A stretch of 64,000 bases of DNA from Clarias gariepinus (Eukaryota). The position numbers and the translations under genes are program-made. How positions within the stretch are numbered: the first letter of the stretch is position 1; each line of letters begins with the position of its first letter. The notes below the pieces were generated by a model. That model was not told the origin of the DNA. It saw nothing but the letters and a program-made list of their open reading frames with translations, and searched no databases. Location of the stretch: assembly GCF_024256425.1 (NCBI RefSeq), contig NC_071115.1:12462746-12526745 (forward strand), given 5' to 3'. Below are positions 13,841-25,462 of this stretch, piece by piece.

Positions 13841-13938
13841 CTGCTGCTGGAGCTCACACTCTGCTGGATTCTCCCCACTGGAAGACGTTTTTTTTCGTCT
13901 TCTTGCTTGATCCTTGTGAATGCTGAAATGTTGCTCTT
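13841..13938 (-). CDS. Locus A finger-region exon 3 (phase 1 acceptor cctcag|AA, donor CAGCAG|GTTGCA). Paralogous to 27688-27776.
   Basis: Polypyrimidine-AG acceptor at 13939 and GT donor at 13840. The peptide EQHFSIHKDQARRRKK... is collinear with the copy in locus B. Confidence 0.45.
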
Positions 13939-14015
13939 CTGAGGAATACACAAATGCTGTAAAACACTGTAAAAACTATTAAACGAACATATTAGGAATG
14001 GTTCCTCAGACTCAC

Positions 14016-14099
14016 CATGGTGGGTCATTCTGTGGTTTCGATAGCGATATTTCTGAATAAACCCGATATTACACTCGCTACACCAGTAAGGCCTCTCAC
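14016..14099 (-). CDS. Locus A exon encoding one C2H2 finger, (G)ERPYWCSECNIGFIQKYRYRNHRMTHH(G). It is 84 nt with phase 1 at both ends.
   Basis: Acceptor ttttgcttttctag|GT at 14100 and donor CATG|GTGAGT at 14015. Paralog at 27848-27931 has identical length and phase. Confidence 0.65.
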
Positions 14100-14231
14100 C
14101 TAGAAAAGCAAAATTATACTGGCACTAAACAACACCAATTTGTTATAAATTTGTATTATTTTTTATTTTATTATTATGTTTTAAAATTTTAAATAATATT
14201 TTTGTGGAAATATCTAATTGCTCATAAAGAC

Positions 14232-14397
14232 CTGTATGAGTGTACTCATGTCTGCGTAGGTGGTATGGACTGCAGAAGGTGGCGCTGCAGTGCTGACAGA
14301 TGTGCAGTTGTGTGTTGTGAGCTAAACCCTCCTCGTCATCTGAAGGATTTTCGATTACCGTTGACTTTGCATGTAAACAGACACAAATTCTAAATGA
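14232..14397 (-). CDS. Locus A exon encoding ...ICVCLHAKSTVIENPSDDEEGLAHNTQLHICQHCSATFCSPYHLRRHEYTHTG (a C2H2 finger). The donor ACAG|GT is in phase 1. The 5' boundary is uncertain: either an AAG acceptor at 14398 or a TAG acceptor at 14390.
   Basis: Reverse-complement translation is collinear with 28027-28190, including the ICVC(L/F)H(A/T)K peptide. The plus-strand track ORF 14202..14393 is its antisense. Confidence 0.5.
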
Positions 14398-14784
14398 CTT
14401 GTATGCAAAAAGTTACGTTTATTAATATGAGGACTTTATAAAAAACTGCTTGACTGAAACCTAATTTATATAAATCCTGCATATAAATGTAGTTCACATC
14501 ATTTTTCTGTAACAACAAAAAAAAGTATTGAGAGTAAAAAGCGGGGAGATATTACATGGGTTAAAGCAAGCCCTATCTCATGCATGTGACCCCACACTAT
14601 ACAGCATGTAAAAACCAGATGTTCAAAATAAGCACAGAGCACAATATTAGGCTTAAAGGCTTAAAATCTAAAACAACCCACATTTAACAGTTATTAAGAT
14701 CTCTCATCTCAGACAATTTAAGATTTGTAGTAATTGGGGAAAAATATACCCTAGTTAATCTTTTTATTTTTATTTATCAGGATC

Positions 14785-15580
14785 TACAGTTGTGGCCAAA
14801 AGTTTTGAGAATTACACAAATATTAGTTTGCTGCTAAACTGCTTTTAAATCTTTGTTTCAGTTGTTTCTGTGATTTACTGAAATATAATTACAAGCACTT
14901 CATATGTTTCAAAGGCTTTTATCGACAATTACATGACATTTATGCAAAGAGTCAGTATTTGCAGTGTTGGCCCTTCTTTTTCAGGACCTCTGCAATTCGA
15001 CTGGGCTCTTAATCAACTTCTGGGCCAAATCCTGACTGATAGCAACCCATTCTTTCATAATCACTTCTTGGAGTTTGTCAGAATTAGTGGGTTTTTGTTT
15101 GTCCACCCGCCTCTTGAGGATTGACCACAAGTTCTCAATGGGATTAAAATCTGGGGAGTTTCCAGGCCATGGACCCAAAATTTCAACGTTTTGGTCCCCG
15201 AGCCACTTAGTTATCACTTCTGCTTTATAGCACGGTGATTTCAAGCATCACCCTTTTTTAACATGTCAAGTCTGCCATTCTAACCCAATCAGTCTGACAT
15301 AATGATCTCCAGCCTTGTGCTCGTCACCATTCTCACCTGAGTTAACAAGACGATTACTGAAATGATCTCAGCAGGTCCTTTAATGACAGCAATGAAATGC
15401 AGTGGAAAGGTTTTTTGGGGATTAAGTTAATTTTCATGGCAAAGAAGGACTATGCAATTCATCTGATCACTCTTCATAACATTCTGAAGTATATGCAAAT
15501 TGCTGTTATAAAAACTTAAGCAGCAACTTTTCCAATTTCAATATTTATGTAATTCTCAAAACTTTTGGCCATGACTGTAC
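14785..15580 (-). mobile_element. Internally deleted Tc1-like DNA transposon, ~0.8 kb, with ~30-bp TIRs (tacagttgtggccaaaagttttgagaattac).
   Basis: Terminal inverted repeats at 14785 and 15550-15580. Minus-strand ORF 14981..15244 encodes the DDE C-terminal part (PGNSPDFNPIENLW). Confidence 0.8.
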
Positions 15581-15893
15581 ATAACGATTGTGTGGACTTG
15601 ACAAACTCCTATAAACAAAGAAATAACCAGAAGAACAACAACAAAACACAGATTTCAACATGTAGTCATTTCCCCCAAAAAAGTTAACCAAAAACAAACT
15701 TGAAGTAAAAAATATTCTATAGGACTTTTTTTTAGTCTTTTAGTTTATTGATGGCTCTCTTAAGATCCCCCTCAGCATCCTAATGGGGTTGACATCGCCA
15801 TTCTACCCCCCTGATGATTTTCTTCTTCAGCTATTGAGATGTTGATTTGCTTTGTGTTCTTGGGATCATTGTCCTGTTGCATGAGTTCATCTC

Positions 15894-16205
15894 ACATTTA
15901 CATTTAGACATTTGGCAGATGCCCTTATCAAGAATGACTTACAAAAGTTCTTTGAAGTTTCCATCATTGGATAGATCCTTACACTGGTAAGGTTTCCCAG
16001 GAAACCCCCAAGGGCATGAGGCGGGGGTACACCCTGGACAAGGTGCCATTTCATCGCAGGGCACACACACACTCGTTCATACATTAAGGGCAATTTTGGA
16101 AACGCCATGTCTTTGGACTGTGGGAGGAAACACAACAAGGACAGGGAGAACATGCAAACTCTCCATGCACACAGACCCGAGGTGGGAATCAAAACTTGTT
16201 CTAAG
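15894..16205. repeat. Teleost interspersed repeat (SINE/LINE-tail family): acatttacatttagacatttggcagatgccc...ggtacaccctggacaaggtgcc...tttggactgtgggaggaaac...gagaacatgcaaactc...ggtgggaatcaaaac.
   Basis: Same family as the tandem copies at 55443-56059. The consensus is recognised from memory of fish repeats; the family name is not certain. Confidence 0.55.
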
Positions 16206-16610
16206 TTTTGCGGTTTGCTCAAATGCAACTATAACTCATGCTGTCAATTTCTTTATGGAGTAAAGAGCAGTGTTCTAGCCACCCTTCAACAGAAGCTATA
16301 CTTGTTCATGACAGTGATAAAAAGAAAAAATTAACAAACATGCTTACAGAGGCCTGTAGATAGGTTGTAGCACATGTTTTATGTATTTATTTTTCCATTA
16401 AATGGCATGATGTACAGACTACTAAGTGCTCTAGAACACCAAATTTCTATATGCTTTTTTTAATGGTAGTGACACTTGTTGGTGATGAACTAACCTTGCA
16501 CATTTCATTAGTAACACCTAGTTGATTACTTTCTTTTTTCTAATTACTTTCTTGGGAGAAAATAATGACTACATATTGAAATATGTTTTTTTTTAATTGT
16601 CACATGGAGT

Positions 16611-18150
16611 TACAGTGGGGCAAAAAAGTATTTAGTCAGCCACTAATTGTGCAAGTTCCCACACTTAAAAAGATGAGAGGCCTGTAATTTTTATCATAGG
16701 TATACCTCAACTATGAGAGACAAAAAAAGAAAAAAAACCCAGAAAATCACTTTGTAGGACTTTTAAAGAATTTATTCGCAAATTATGGTGGAAAATAAGT
16801 TTTTGATCAATAAAAAAAATTTATCTTTATACTTTTTTTTTATATACCCTTTGTTGGCAGTGACTAAAGTCAAACGTTTTCTGCAAGTCTTCACAAGGTT
16901 TACCTACTGTTGCTAGTATTTTGCCCCATTCCTCCATGCAGATCTCCTCTAGAGCAGTGATGTTCTGGGGCTGTCCCTGGGCAACACTGACTTTCAACTC
17001 CCTCCAAAGATTTTCTATGGGGTTGAGATCTGGAGACCGACTAGGCCACTCCAGGACCTTGAAATGCCTCTTACAAAGCCACTCCTTCGTTGCCCGGGCG
17101 GTGTGTTTGGGATCATTGTCATGCTAAAAGACCCAGCCACGTTTTATCTTCAATGCCCTTGCTGATGGAAGGAGGTTTTCACTCAAAATCTCACGATACA
17201 TGACCCTATTCATCCTTTCCTTTACACGGATCAGTCGTTACTGGTCCCTTTGTGGAAAAACAGCACCAAAGCATGATGTTTGCACCCCCATGCTTCACTA
17301 TGGTGTTCTTTGGATGCAACTCAGCATTCTTTCTCCTCTACACACGAAGTTCTATTTTGGTTTCATCTGACCATATAACATTCTGCCAATCCTGTTCTAG
17401 AATGCTCTCTATTAAACTTCAGACGGGCCTGGACATGTAATGGCTTAAGCAGGGGGACACGTCTGGCACTGCAGGATTTGAGTCCCTGGAGGCGCAGTGT
17501 GTTACTGATGGTAGCCTTTGTTACTTTGGTCCCAGCTCTCTGCAGGTCATTTACTAGGTCTCCCCGTTTGGTTCTGGAATTTTTGCTCACAGTTCTTGTA
17601 TCATTTTGACCCGCGGGGTGAGATCTTGCGTGGAGCCCCAGATCGAGGGAGATTATCAGTGGTCTTGTATGTCTTCCATTTTCTACTAAATGCTCCCACA
17701 GTTGATTTCTTCACACCAAGCTGCTTACCTATTGCAGATTCAGTCTTCCCAGCCTGGTGCAGGTCTACAATTCTGTTTCTGGTGTCCTTTGACAGCTCTT
17801 TGGTCTTGGCCATAGTGGAGTTTCGAGTCTGACTGTTCGAGGTTGTGGACAGGTGTCTTTTATACTGATGAGTTCAAACAGATGCCATTAATACAGGTAA
17901 CGAGTTGAGGACAGAGGAGTCTCTTAAAGAAGTTGTTACAGGCCTGTGAGAGGCAGAAATCTTGCTTGTTTGTAGGTGACCAAATACTTATTTATCACTA
18001 TAATTTGAAAATAACATACAAATATGTGATAAAAATCATACAATGTGATTTTCTGGATTTTTTTTTCTTATTTTGTCTCTCATAGTTGGGGAATACTTTT
18101 GATGAAAATTACAGGCCTCTCTCATCTTTTTAAGTGGGAGAACCTGCATG
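16611..18150 (-). mobile_element. Tc1-like IR-DR transposon with a degenerate (frameshifted) transposase. The outer right TIR is eroded.
   Basis: Left TIR tacagtggggcaaaaaagtatttagtcagccac. Inverted internal repeats at 16655-16725 and 18080-18150. Minus ORFs 17601..17813 ([26 protein letters not shown]) and 17363..17590. Confidence 0.75.
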
Positions 18151-18745
18151 TTGTGGACATATTGTACAACTTTTCCTGCTCTGCATACAGCGCACAAAGT
18201 ACCATGTAAGCAATCAAGGTCACATTCAACAACGCTCGTTCAAGTTCATCTGAGACATGTATGAAGCTTATAGGTTTAGGTTTAGTTCATTTATAAAGCA
18301 CATTTGTAACAGCCGCGAGACTGACCAAAGTGCTGTACCTCCACATCAACACATCATAAAAAGGCTAAAAGTACACGATACACACAAAAACTACATACTA
18401 GGCACAGTAGAGCCTAGTGGGCCAGGGAAAACAGATGGGTTTTTAAAAGGGATTTAATGGTCAAACTAGGAGCCATTCGGATATCAAATGGCAAGTCATT
18501 CCAAAGACGAGGCAGAAGCTTTAGAGTCTCAGCAGAACGTTAAAATGCATTTTTGCATGGAACAGGGGTTGTGGAATTTGACCCTGATTAATTTCATTGT
18601 ACTTGCTTGTAGTGTACAGAGCAGGAAATTTAGAACTACAAAGACCTATACTACTGTATTTACAGTATATTCACCTCAAAGTTAGACTCTGACTATCCCT
18701 TTAATCTCATGAAGGTAAAAGATTACATTTTACTTGATGTCTTAC

Positions 18746-19615
18746 TTGAGTTTCAACATGAGAGCTCCTCCTCCTATTCTCTACCGTGTATCCGTGTTCA
18801 GCGTCAGTTTTCTTGTCTTCACCGCTGCTCGTTTCAGTCTGATTATATAGAGGGGCGCTGCAGGGTGTTATTTTATGCATGTGGTCATTTCGGAGCAAGC
18901 TGGCATCTAGAGTAGGATTACTTTCTGATTCAAGATCAGCAAGTAGATGTTCACCGGCCCAGCCCGAATCTTCACAAGGAGAAGAACCTGTAGACTCTGT
19001 ATTAGTGTAAAGCTGTGCTGGAATGTTACCTGTGTCTGATACATCTGTGCTAACTGATTCAGGACTAGGATTTTTATGTTTGGCTCTACATAACCTATCC
19101 GAGTTAGGCGAACTTACTTGATTAGCTGTTAGTAGTTCTTGACTTAAAGGGGTACCTGTCCGAGAAGGGATGGTACCGGACACGGGTTTAGCTTCATGAC
19201 TACATGGATATTTATGCTTGCATATCTTTACATGGTTAGCGATGCTCTTACTGCTATATAACCCAAGACAATAAATGCACTGCACATAGTCTGTATTAGA
19301 TCCAGCTGTGGTATGCCACTTAGATGACACAGAGGTTCTACTCATACCCACGTCTTTGTGCAAAAGGTTTCCTTTGCTCTGTAGGAGATCCAGCAACTGT
19401 TTCCTTTCCTTTGACTTCTTGTCATAACTAAGAGCCTTGGCCACCTCTGGTTCTTTAGCATGTGTCGATAAAAGATGCTGTTTCATTCGGAGGGATGGTT
19501 TCCTACAATATAAGCAATAATGTTTCTTCCTTAGCTTTAATCTGGATTTTCCTTTCCTGGTTTTTACACTCCAGACATCAGATATAGGTGAACCTGTCTC
19601 CAGATCAGGAATCGG
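18746..19615 (-). CDS. Locus A large exon, 290 aa. Carries paired atypical zinc-binding motifs, CLYCRKPSLRMKQHLLSTH (CX2CX10HX4H) and CIYCLGLYSSKSIANHVKICKH (CX2CX12HX3C), and ends ...RRRSSHVETQ|GTAAGA.
   Basis: Acceptor ccttgcag|CCG at 19616 and donor CAA|GTAAGA at 18745. The ORF track shows the same peptide inside 18707..19621. It is paralogous to 28591-29277 and 33565-35202. Confidence 0.65.
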
Positions 19616-19852
19616 CTGCAAGGGAAAGTTGTACTAGTTACTTAATACAAGCTTTAAGTTTAAACAGTATCAGTATGTTTTAACAGAAACATTAAAACCA
19701 TTCTGTGATATACTGTAGTTCAACTGGAGAATATATGCAACAAGTTCAGCCTCAACTGAAACTGAGAGAAATTATTATATTATAATTCTTAAATACATTC
19801 CATGGGATTGAGGTCTCAGGTTTTATTTTATAAATAAGCTTGGACTACATAC

Positions 19853-20022
19853 ATATTTATCTGGAGGCTCGTAGTCAGGATGAGCAGGATATAGAGGGTC
19901 AGGTTGCTCTATTTTAATGCGAGTGCTTTCTTCCTTCAGCTCTGGATTTTGGCACCAGCTCTCACAACTCTGCGGTTCGCGCTGTAGGTTCGACGTATCA
20001 TCCTGCTTTTCAAAGGACACAC
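19853..20022 (-). CDS. Locus A exon 2, (G)VSFEKQDDTSNLQREPQ...DYEPPDKY. It has a phase-1 acceptor matching the phase-1 donor of exon 1.
   Basis: Acceptor tccctcacag|GT at 20023 and donor TAT|GTATGT at 19852. Lies within track ORF 19823..20020. Confidence 0.55.
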
Positions 20023-20077
20023 CTGTGAGGGATTGAAAAGCCTACATCAGGGGAACTCCACTGTAGACCTGAAGCAC

Positions 20078-20310
20078 GGGAGTCCAGCACAGTTTGTTGA
20101 TTTCCCTGCTGAAACAAAGAAACGATCAACTCCGGTCAAGTTAAAACACCAGATCCAGCTTTTCTGCTTAACATCAAGCTTTGGATAAGGTGGATCATGT
20201 TACTGGGAAACCGAATCTCAGAACCCCAAATTGAACCCACCTATTAAACGTGGTCATTGGCTGGATCAGATTTCTTAGAACAGGGAAATCATCAAACTAT
20301 GCTGGACTCC
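20078..20310. mobile_element. MITE-like element with ~30-bp TIRs (gggagtccagcacagtttgttgatttccctg / cagggaaatcatcaaactatgctggactcc), inside intron 1 of locus A.
   Basis: Near-perfect inverted repeat pair read directly from the sequence. Confidence 0.55.
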
Positions 20311-21423
20311 ATACATACAGGACCAGATACTGTATGCACAGTGCACACCTATATTGATGAGAAAGTACACCAGTCAATAAACAGCTTATAATAATAAATA
20401 TGACTTTAAAAGCATGTAAATTTTTTCCATTATTTAATATTTCCAAATATAAATATTTCTATACACAACAGGTACGGTTATATAATAAGTCAATATCAAA
20501 GGAGTGATTTTGTAATGATTATTAGCACTGTTTTATTGGATCCCAAAGAGCACAAAAAAAGAAAGCTAGTGTGCTAGGGTGTACAATCACTTGTCCCACA
20601 CATCAAGTAGGGCTCTTGATCAGGGTTTGAAGACTGATTAAAGATTCAGCTTGTTATAACAGCTAGTTAGATGAAATAACCCTAACGGTACTGAGGCAAT
20701 TTGGAACGACGATGTTGGAAGATGACAACATTATCAGATGTGTTTTCTTGCTCAAAGTGCTTCTGTGACTGTTTTTAAGCTCTCTTCTCAGTACTTATGG
20801 CAGTCAGATGATTAAGATCAACACATCAAATTAAAAAAGCAATGAATGAAATGAATCAAGACAACAATCAATTACAACTGAGACAGACTAGCAACATGTC
20901 CCCTCTTTGGCTGGCATCCTGTAGGTTGCATTACTGCTACAGTATCTACAGATCGTCCTTTAATTTAAAACCAACTTTCCAGTCTAGTCTTTTCATCCAG
21001 TGTTTTCCAATTCTAAAAGACTTTTTACATTGCCTTTGACTCTAAATAGCTCTTGGAGCTGTGACATCATGTCTAACCTCTCCTGCATAGATTTTCTGCA
21101 ATGAGAACAATAGAGTAATAGAGTGTGTGGCAGCGCTGGGTAAAAGCAGACAAAGAGTGTAAAACCGAGCAAGACAAGGCAAGACCAGGGAGGGAAGCAT
21201 TAGCATTGTAAAAAAAATCTTGAAAAAGCCAAGTGTGTTACCACGTCTGCATGGACAGCAGTTAGAACAAGGAGCAAACGTAAAATTCTGTGTGAAACTG
21301 GGGAAATCTATCACAGAGATCCTTCCAGAGATGTTTGACTTGATTTGGCAAGTTTACTGCAATGCTGCAATTAGTCATTTAAGGTGTTTTGAGTGGGACA
21401 CCTGCTTTAAGAGTGGAAGAACA

Positions 21424-21800
21424 TGGCCTCTGAGTGGCGCAGTGGTTAATTGCTCACCCTATCATCCGGGGATTGCGAGTTCGATTCCTAGGTTATGCTG
21501 TAACGCCTCGCAGCCGGAGGTCTAGAGAGATCTGATTGGTCGAGCTCTCTCAGAGGGAAGCGATGAGAGGTACTTACTGCTCTCACATTACTCACAGCTC
21601 TCTTCAGGGGCATTTGTGAGCTCACGCAACCGGAAGGAGCGGATAGCGCCTAGCGTCCTCCTAGTGTGTTACACCGCCCCCAACAGTGTGTGACCGAGCG
21701 CAGTTCGGAAAAATGCGGTTGGCTGGCGTCTCGTTGTTTGGAGGAGACGTGTGATAGTCTTCGGCCCTCCTGACTGAGTGATAGTAGTAGCCTTGATGTG
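21424..21800 (+). mobile_element. tRNA-derived SINE-like element (box A TGGCGCAGTGG, box B GGTTCGATTCC) followed by a GC-rich body.
   Basis: tggcctctgagtggcgcagtggttaa...gagttcgattcc. The sequence does not fold into a cloverleaf, so it is a SINE head rather than a tRNA gene. Confidence 0.45.
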
Positions 21801-22573
21801 GAAGCCGCCTAGTGACGGGAAAGAATTGACCATGACTAAATTAGGGAGAATAGAAAAAGAGTGGAATAACATCCCTTCGAAGCCAACAAGAGCGAAAAAG
21901 TCGAAACCATTCGCCAGCTTCTGCATTATGATTGACGGAGAACAATTGACTACATTGCTGCCACTGTCTGTGTGTCATACAAAACAATCCAGGCAATCCT
22001 CACATGTGAGGTACAGTAGGAACGAACAGAGAAAGCCACAGGATCTCTGGTACGTGTAAAACTGGATTAAGGTTGCTGTGTCCAATTCTTAGTCTGTTAA
22101 TTAATACTTTCTCTTTTTGTCCCTCCCATCCCCAATCACATCTACTTTGTTGTTTTGCATTAAATGCAAATGTGGTTATTCACTGTCCCTTCTTTAGTTC
22201 ATTATCCATTAATTACTACTTCTGTTGCCATTGTTGTTTTGCATTTCTCCACACTTAATCTTCTCCCACTGATTCTGATCATTTGATATTGACTTCAACA
22301 CATAATCACATATTTCTAAACAAAGTCTGTAACGTAAATCCAGTCACACAGGCTACTACATCAAATCACATTGTTTCATATCACAGCACAACCAAATAGG
22401 GTTGCCAAACATAGGATTTTTACCTTAAGCATAAAAATGATATTACTTGAACTGTTGAGGTTTGCACCATAAAGCATATGTACGCTCAAGGCCACGTCTG
22501 TAAGTAGTATCCTCACAAACGCAATAAAATTAGACTCATTATTTTGTAGCTATTTATCCTTACAATATCCTTA

Positions 22574-22585
22574 TGCGCATGCGCA
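22574..22585. promoter_or_regulatory. Perfect NRF-1-type palindrome TGCGCATGCGCA, located inside intron 1 of locus A.
   Basis: Matches the YGCGCAYGCGCR consensus exactly. Function is unknown. Confidence 0.2.
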
Positions 22586-22829
22586 CAAATGACGCTTTGT
22601 CGCACATTTTCGACGAAAAAATACTAAAAAAATATTCACAAGGCTGCTATTTTGGAGTGCGTTCCAATGGAGCACTCATAACGAGTTTCTACGCAAAATG
22701 CGTAACGCTACGCAGGACTGGTCCAGTCCAGTCTTTTAAATATCTTTATTATAATAAATATAATACTCCGCACTCGAAGCACCAAACGAATAATGTGGGT
22801 GTGTCATACAGTTTGGGTACCTTTGGGGG

Positions 22830-22831
<2 letters not shown>

Positions 22832-22860
<29 letters not shown>
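22832..22860. repeat. (CA)n microsatellite
   Basis: acacacacacacacacacacacacacaca. Confidence 0.95.
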
Positions 22861-22862
<2 letters not shown>

Positions 22863-23192
22863 GGCTGAAGGGCCATCACTTGCAAAACCATAAATATTTG
22901 TATATTAGCTTTCGTTACGTCATAACGCATTAACACGCGCAGTGACAGTTAAATAACGAACGTTAAACAAGCTTTAAAACACTGCGTCTGTAGAGACCCG
23001 TGAACGTGCTATATAGTAACCCTAAGTAGTACACTCTGATAAATATCTCAGGGTCTGTAAACAATTCAGACATTTCAGCATGTATGGGCCTGCTAAGTAT
23101 TAAAATCCTGCCTAATATCAATACGGGCAGTTTACCTCCGCGACCACATTAGGACTGTTTTCTGCATTTCAGTCTAAGATTTTTAATCATAC

Positions 23193-23382
23193 CCGCGTTT
23201 ATTTCTGTAAAACTCCATCCCGTGAGCTTTAACATTTCCTTCAGATAGTCGTTCTCTTTGCGGACCCGAGCCGTTTCCTCCTCGTAGTCCTGCATCATCC
23301 TGCTCACGGTGTCGAGAATCTCATTCACCGCCGCCGACAGTCTCTCACTCAGAAACACGTTTAACTCGTCCAATTTAGTCAT
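23193..23382 (-). CDS. Locus A first coding exon, MTKLDELNVFLSERLSAAVNEILDTVSRMMQDYEEETARVRKENDYLKEMLKLTGWSFTEINAG, ending at a G|GTATGA donor in phase 1.
   Basis: ATG at 23382. About 170 nt are more than 97% identical to 3841-4019. Within track ORF 23149..23400. Confidence 0.65.
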
Positions 23383-24099
23383 TTTACGGGTTTTCTTCAC
23401 GTGAAGCTGGGAGAAACACGTCCATCCGCTCCTCTACTACGCTCTCTTGCAGTGACGTTAATCCACGCTAAAGGCTGAATCCCAAACCGCTCTGTCTTCA
23501 GCTTTACGGCTCACTTCGAAGCGTGCACGAGACATTCATTCATTCCCTTTGTAGTGTCGATATGTAGGAAACACTAAGCTATTTGATAGTTATTCCAGAT
23601 ACTCTGCTGCCACCTACTGGACACGGTGGGTTCAGGCAGCTTTTCTTGAAAGACTTGTGACTGCAGTCGCTGAATAGTTCAGCTTTTGTACCTGACTGAA
23701 CCTCTAATAATGAATATTAACTTAAATGCATCTTCTGTTATATTAAACTTCCAGCCTTCTAACACACAGTAGGACTGTAAAACAATCCCTGCTATCTGTT
23801 ATCACCAAAAAGAAAATAGGTTCCCTGTTGGTTCCTCTCAAGGTTTTTTCCTATTGACATCTCAGGGAGTTTTTCTCGATTTTAATAGATCTTTAGTCAC
23901 AGATAAAGCCTTCACTAGTCCTGTGTTTATGGCACATGTTAGCAATAAAACTTAAACCACTGACATATGAAGTGAATAACATTTATTGTTGCAATACAGG
24001 GGCACCTCTCAAGCGGTGAAATATCTTTGGCAGCAAGTAAACAGGAAGTTTAAAGTGTTGGAAGAAGTGACAAATGGGCAAGGAACTGAGTGATTTTGA

Positions 24100-24900
24100 C
24101 AAGCAAGAAATGTGAGACGGCTAGATCAGAGCATCTCCAAAACAGCAGGTCTTGTGGGATGATCCCGGTGTGCAGTGGTCAGGACCGAACAAAAGTAGTC
24201 CATGGAAAGACAACTGGTGAACCGGTGACAGAGTGATGGATGCACAAGGCTCACTTTATTTGAGCAAATGCTAGGCTCCTTTGCAACAAAATGCACAAAA
24301 GTAGGTGTTGCCTATAATAGAAAAATGTCAGAGCAAACAGTGAATCTTTTGGCTGCTCCCATCGAGGGGTTGCCACAGGGGACCATCTGTTCTGCACCTC
24401 ACTAATCACTGTGTTAAAACACCGGCTGCAATTCTCCCATTTTATTCGGGCTTTGTACCGGCACTGCATCCAGTGGCTGGGGTTTGGGCATTGGGTGGAA
24501 ATTGAACCTGGGCCTTCCACATGTTAGGCAAGAAACCTTCAACTGAGCAATCAATGCCTCAAACATGGATTTGCAGATTGATGCATATAGGGGTGCGTGG
24601 CTGCAAGGTGCGTTGACCTAGGCAAAGTGCTCATGCCAACCACTCCACTTCCCAAAGGACCTTCACTGGGCACATGAGCTTTGGGACCGGACCATTGAGC
24701 AATGGAAGAAAGCATCTTGGCTCGATGAAACGTGCTTACTTTTACATCAAGCGGATGATGATTGTTGCTTAAAGGGGGAACACAAGACACCAGTATGCAC
24801 TATGAGAAGAAGGCAGAAGCAGTGTGATGCTGTGTGTGATGCTTTTCTGGAAACCCATAGGGACCCTGTGACCCTGGCCACATCTGACATTTTATAGCCA
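24100..24900 (+). mobile_element. Tc1/mariner transposase remnant (no intact ORF).
   Basis: Plus-frame translation gives IEQWKKASWLDETCFLLHQADD (the Tc1 WSDESKF region) and the upstream HTH region. Confidence 0.55.
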
Positions 24901-25428
24901 ACTCCATAACTCCAATTAACTCCAAAGAACCAATATAATGTGCAATTTTAATTGTATGAAACATGCACTATTTAGTCAAATTGTGTCAGCTTGTTTATAA
25001 ATGTGCCATTCCTGCCCAAATATCAAGATCTTTCCCCATAGCATTTCTGAACCGATCGACCCCATCTAGTGCAACTCCGTTGCATCTACGGCAGTGGTTT
25101 AAAAACCTGAGGTCCGTTCTTCATACGTCGCTAACTCAGTTAGCTGTATTTGATTGTTGTGGATTTGTCCTGATCTTGGATTGTTTCCTCGGGAGGTTTA
25201 TTTCATGTAAACAGAATTTAGGCTGCGCTCCTGGCAGGTTATGATTGGTTGAAATGGCGAGGTCACATCTGATTGGTTAAAGAGCACAACTGACGTGGAC
25301 TGACTCATGGGGAAAAAAGTATCTTGCATATGCCCCCTTCCATGGATTGCGCCCTCCTCCATAATCGCTATCAAATATTAGATTAGAACATAAACTCATA
25401 GGTTTATTATTATTATCAAATACGATTA

Positions 25429-25462
25429 TGTGTGTGTGTGGGGGGGGGGGGGGGGGGGGGGG
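25429..25462. repeat. (TG)6 followed by an uninterrupted run of 22 guanines
   Basis: tgtgtgtgtgtg then 22 g, read directly. Confidence 0.95.

Noticed and set aside
13771-14028. 85-aa minus ORF 13771..14028 (MTHHGESEEPF...).
   Set aside because: It is a read-through across a GTGAGT donor at 14015 into intron and then through the next small exon. The real coding segments are the short exons 14016-14099 and 13841-13938.
17518-17832. 104-aa plus ORF inside the Tc1 element
   Set aside because: It is antisense to the transposase HTH ORF (17601..17813, minus).
18746-19615. Assignment of the CX2CX10HX4H motif to a BED zinc finger
   Set aside because: The spacing fits loosely, but the conserved aromatic residues of BED fingers are not evident. 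It is left as an unclassified paired C2H2-like/C2HC module pending a profile search.
21424-21500. Possible tRNA gene (box A/box B present, GGTTCGATTCC T-loop).
   Set aside because: The sequence cannot form an acceptor stem or a T-stem. It is followed by a SINE-like body, so it was called a tRNA-derived SINE head instead.
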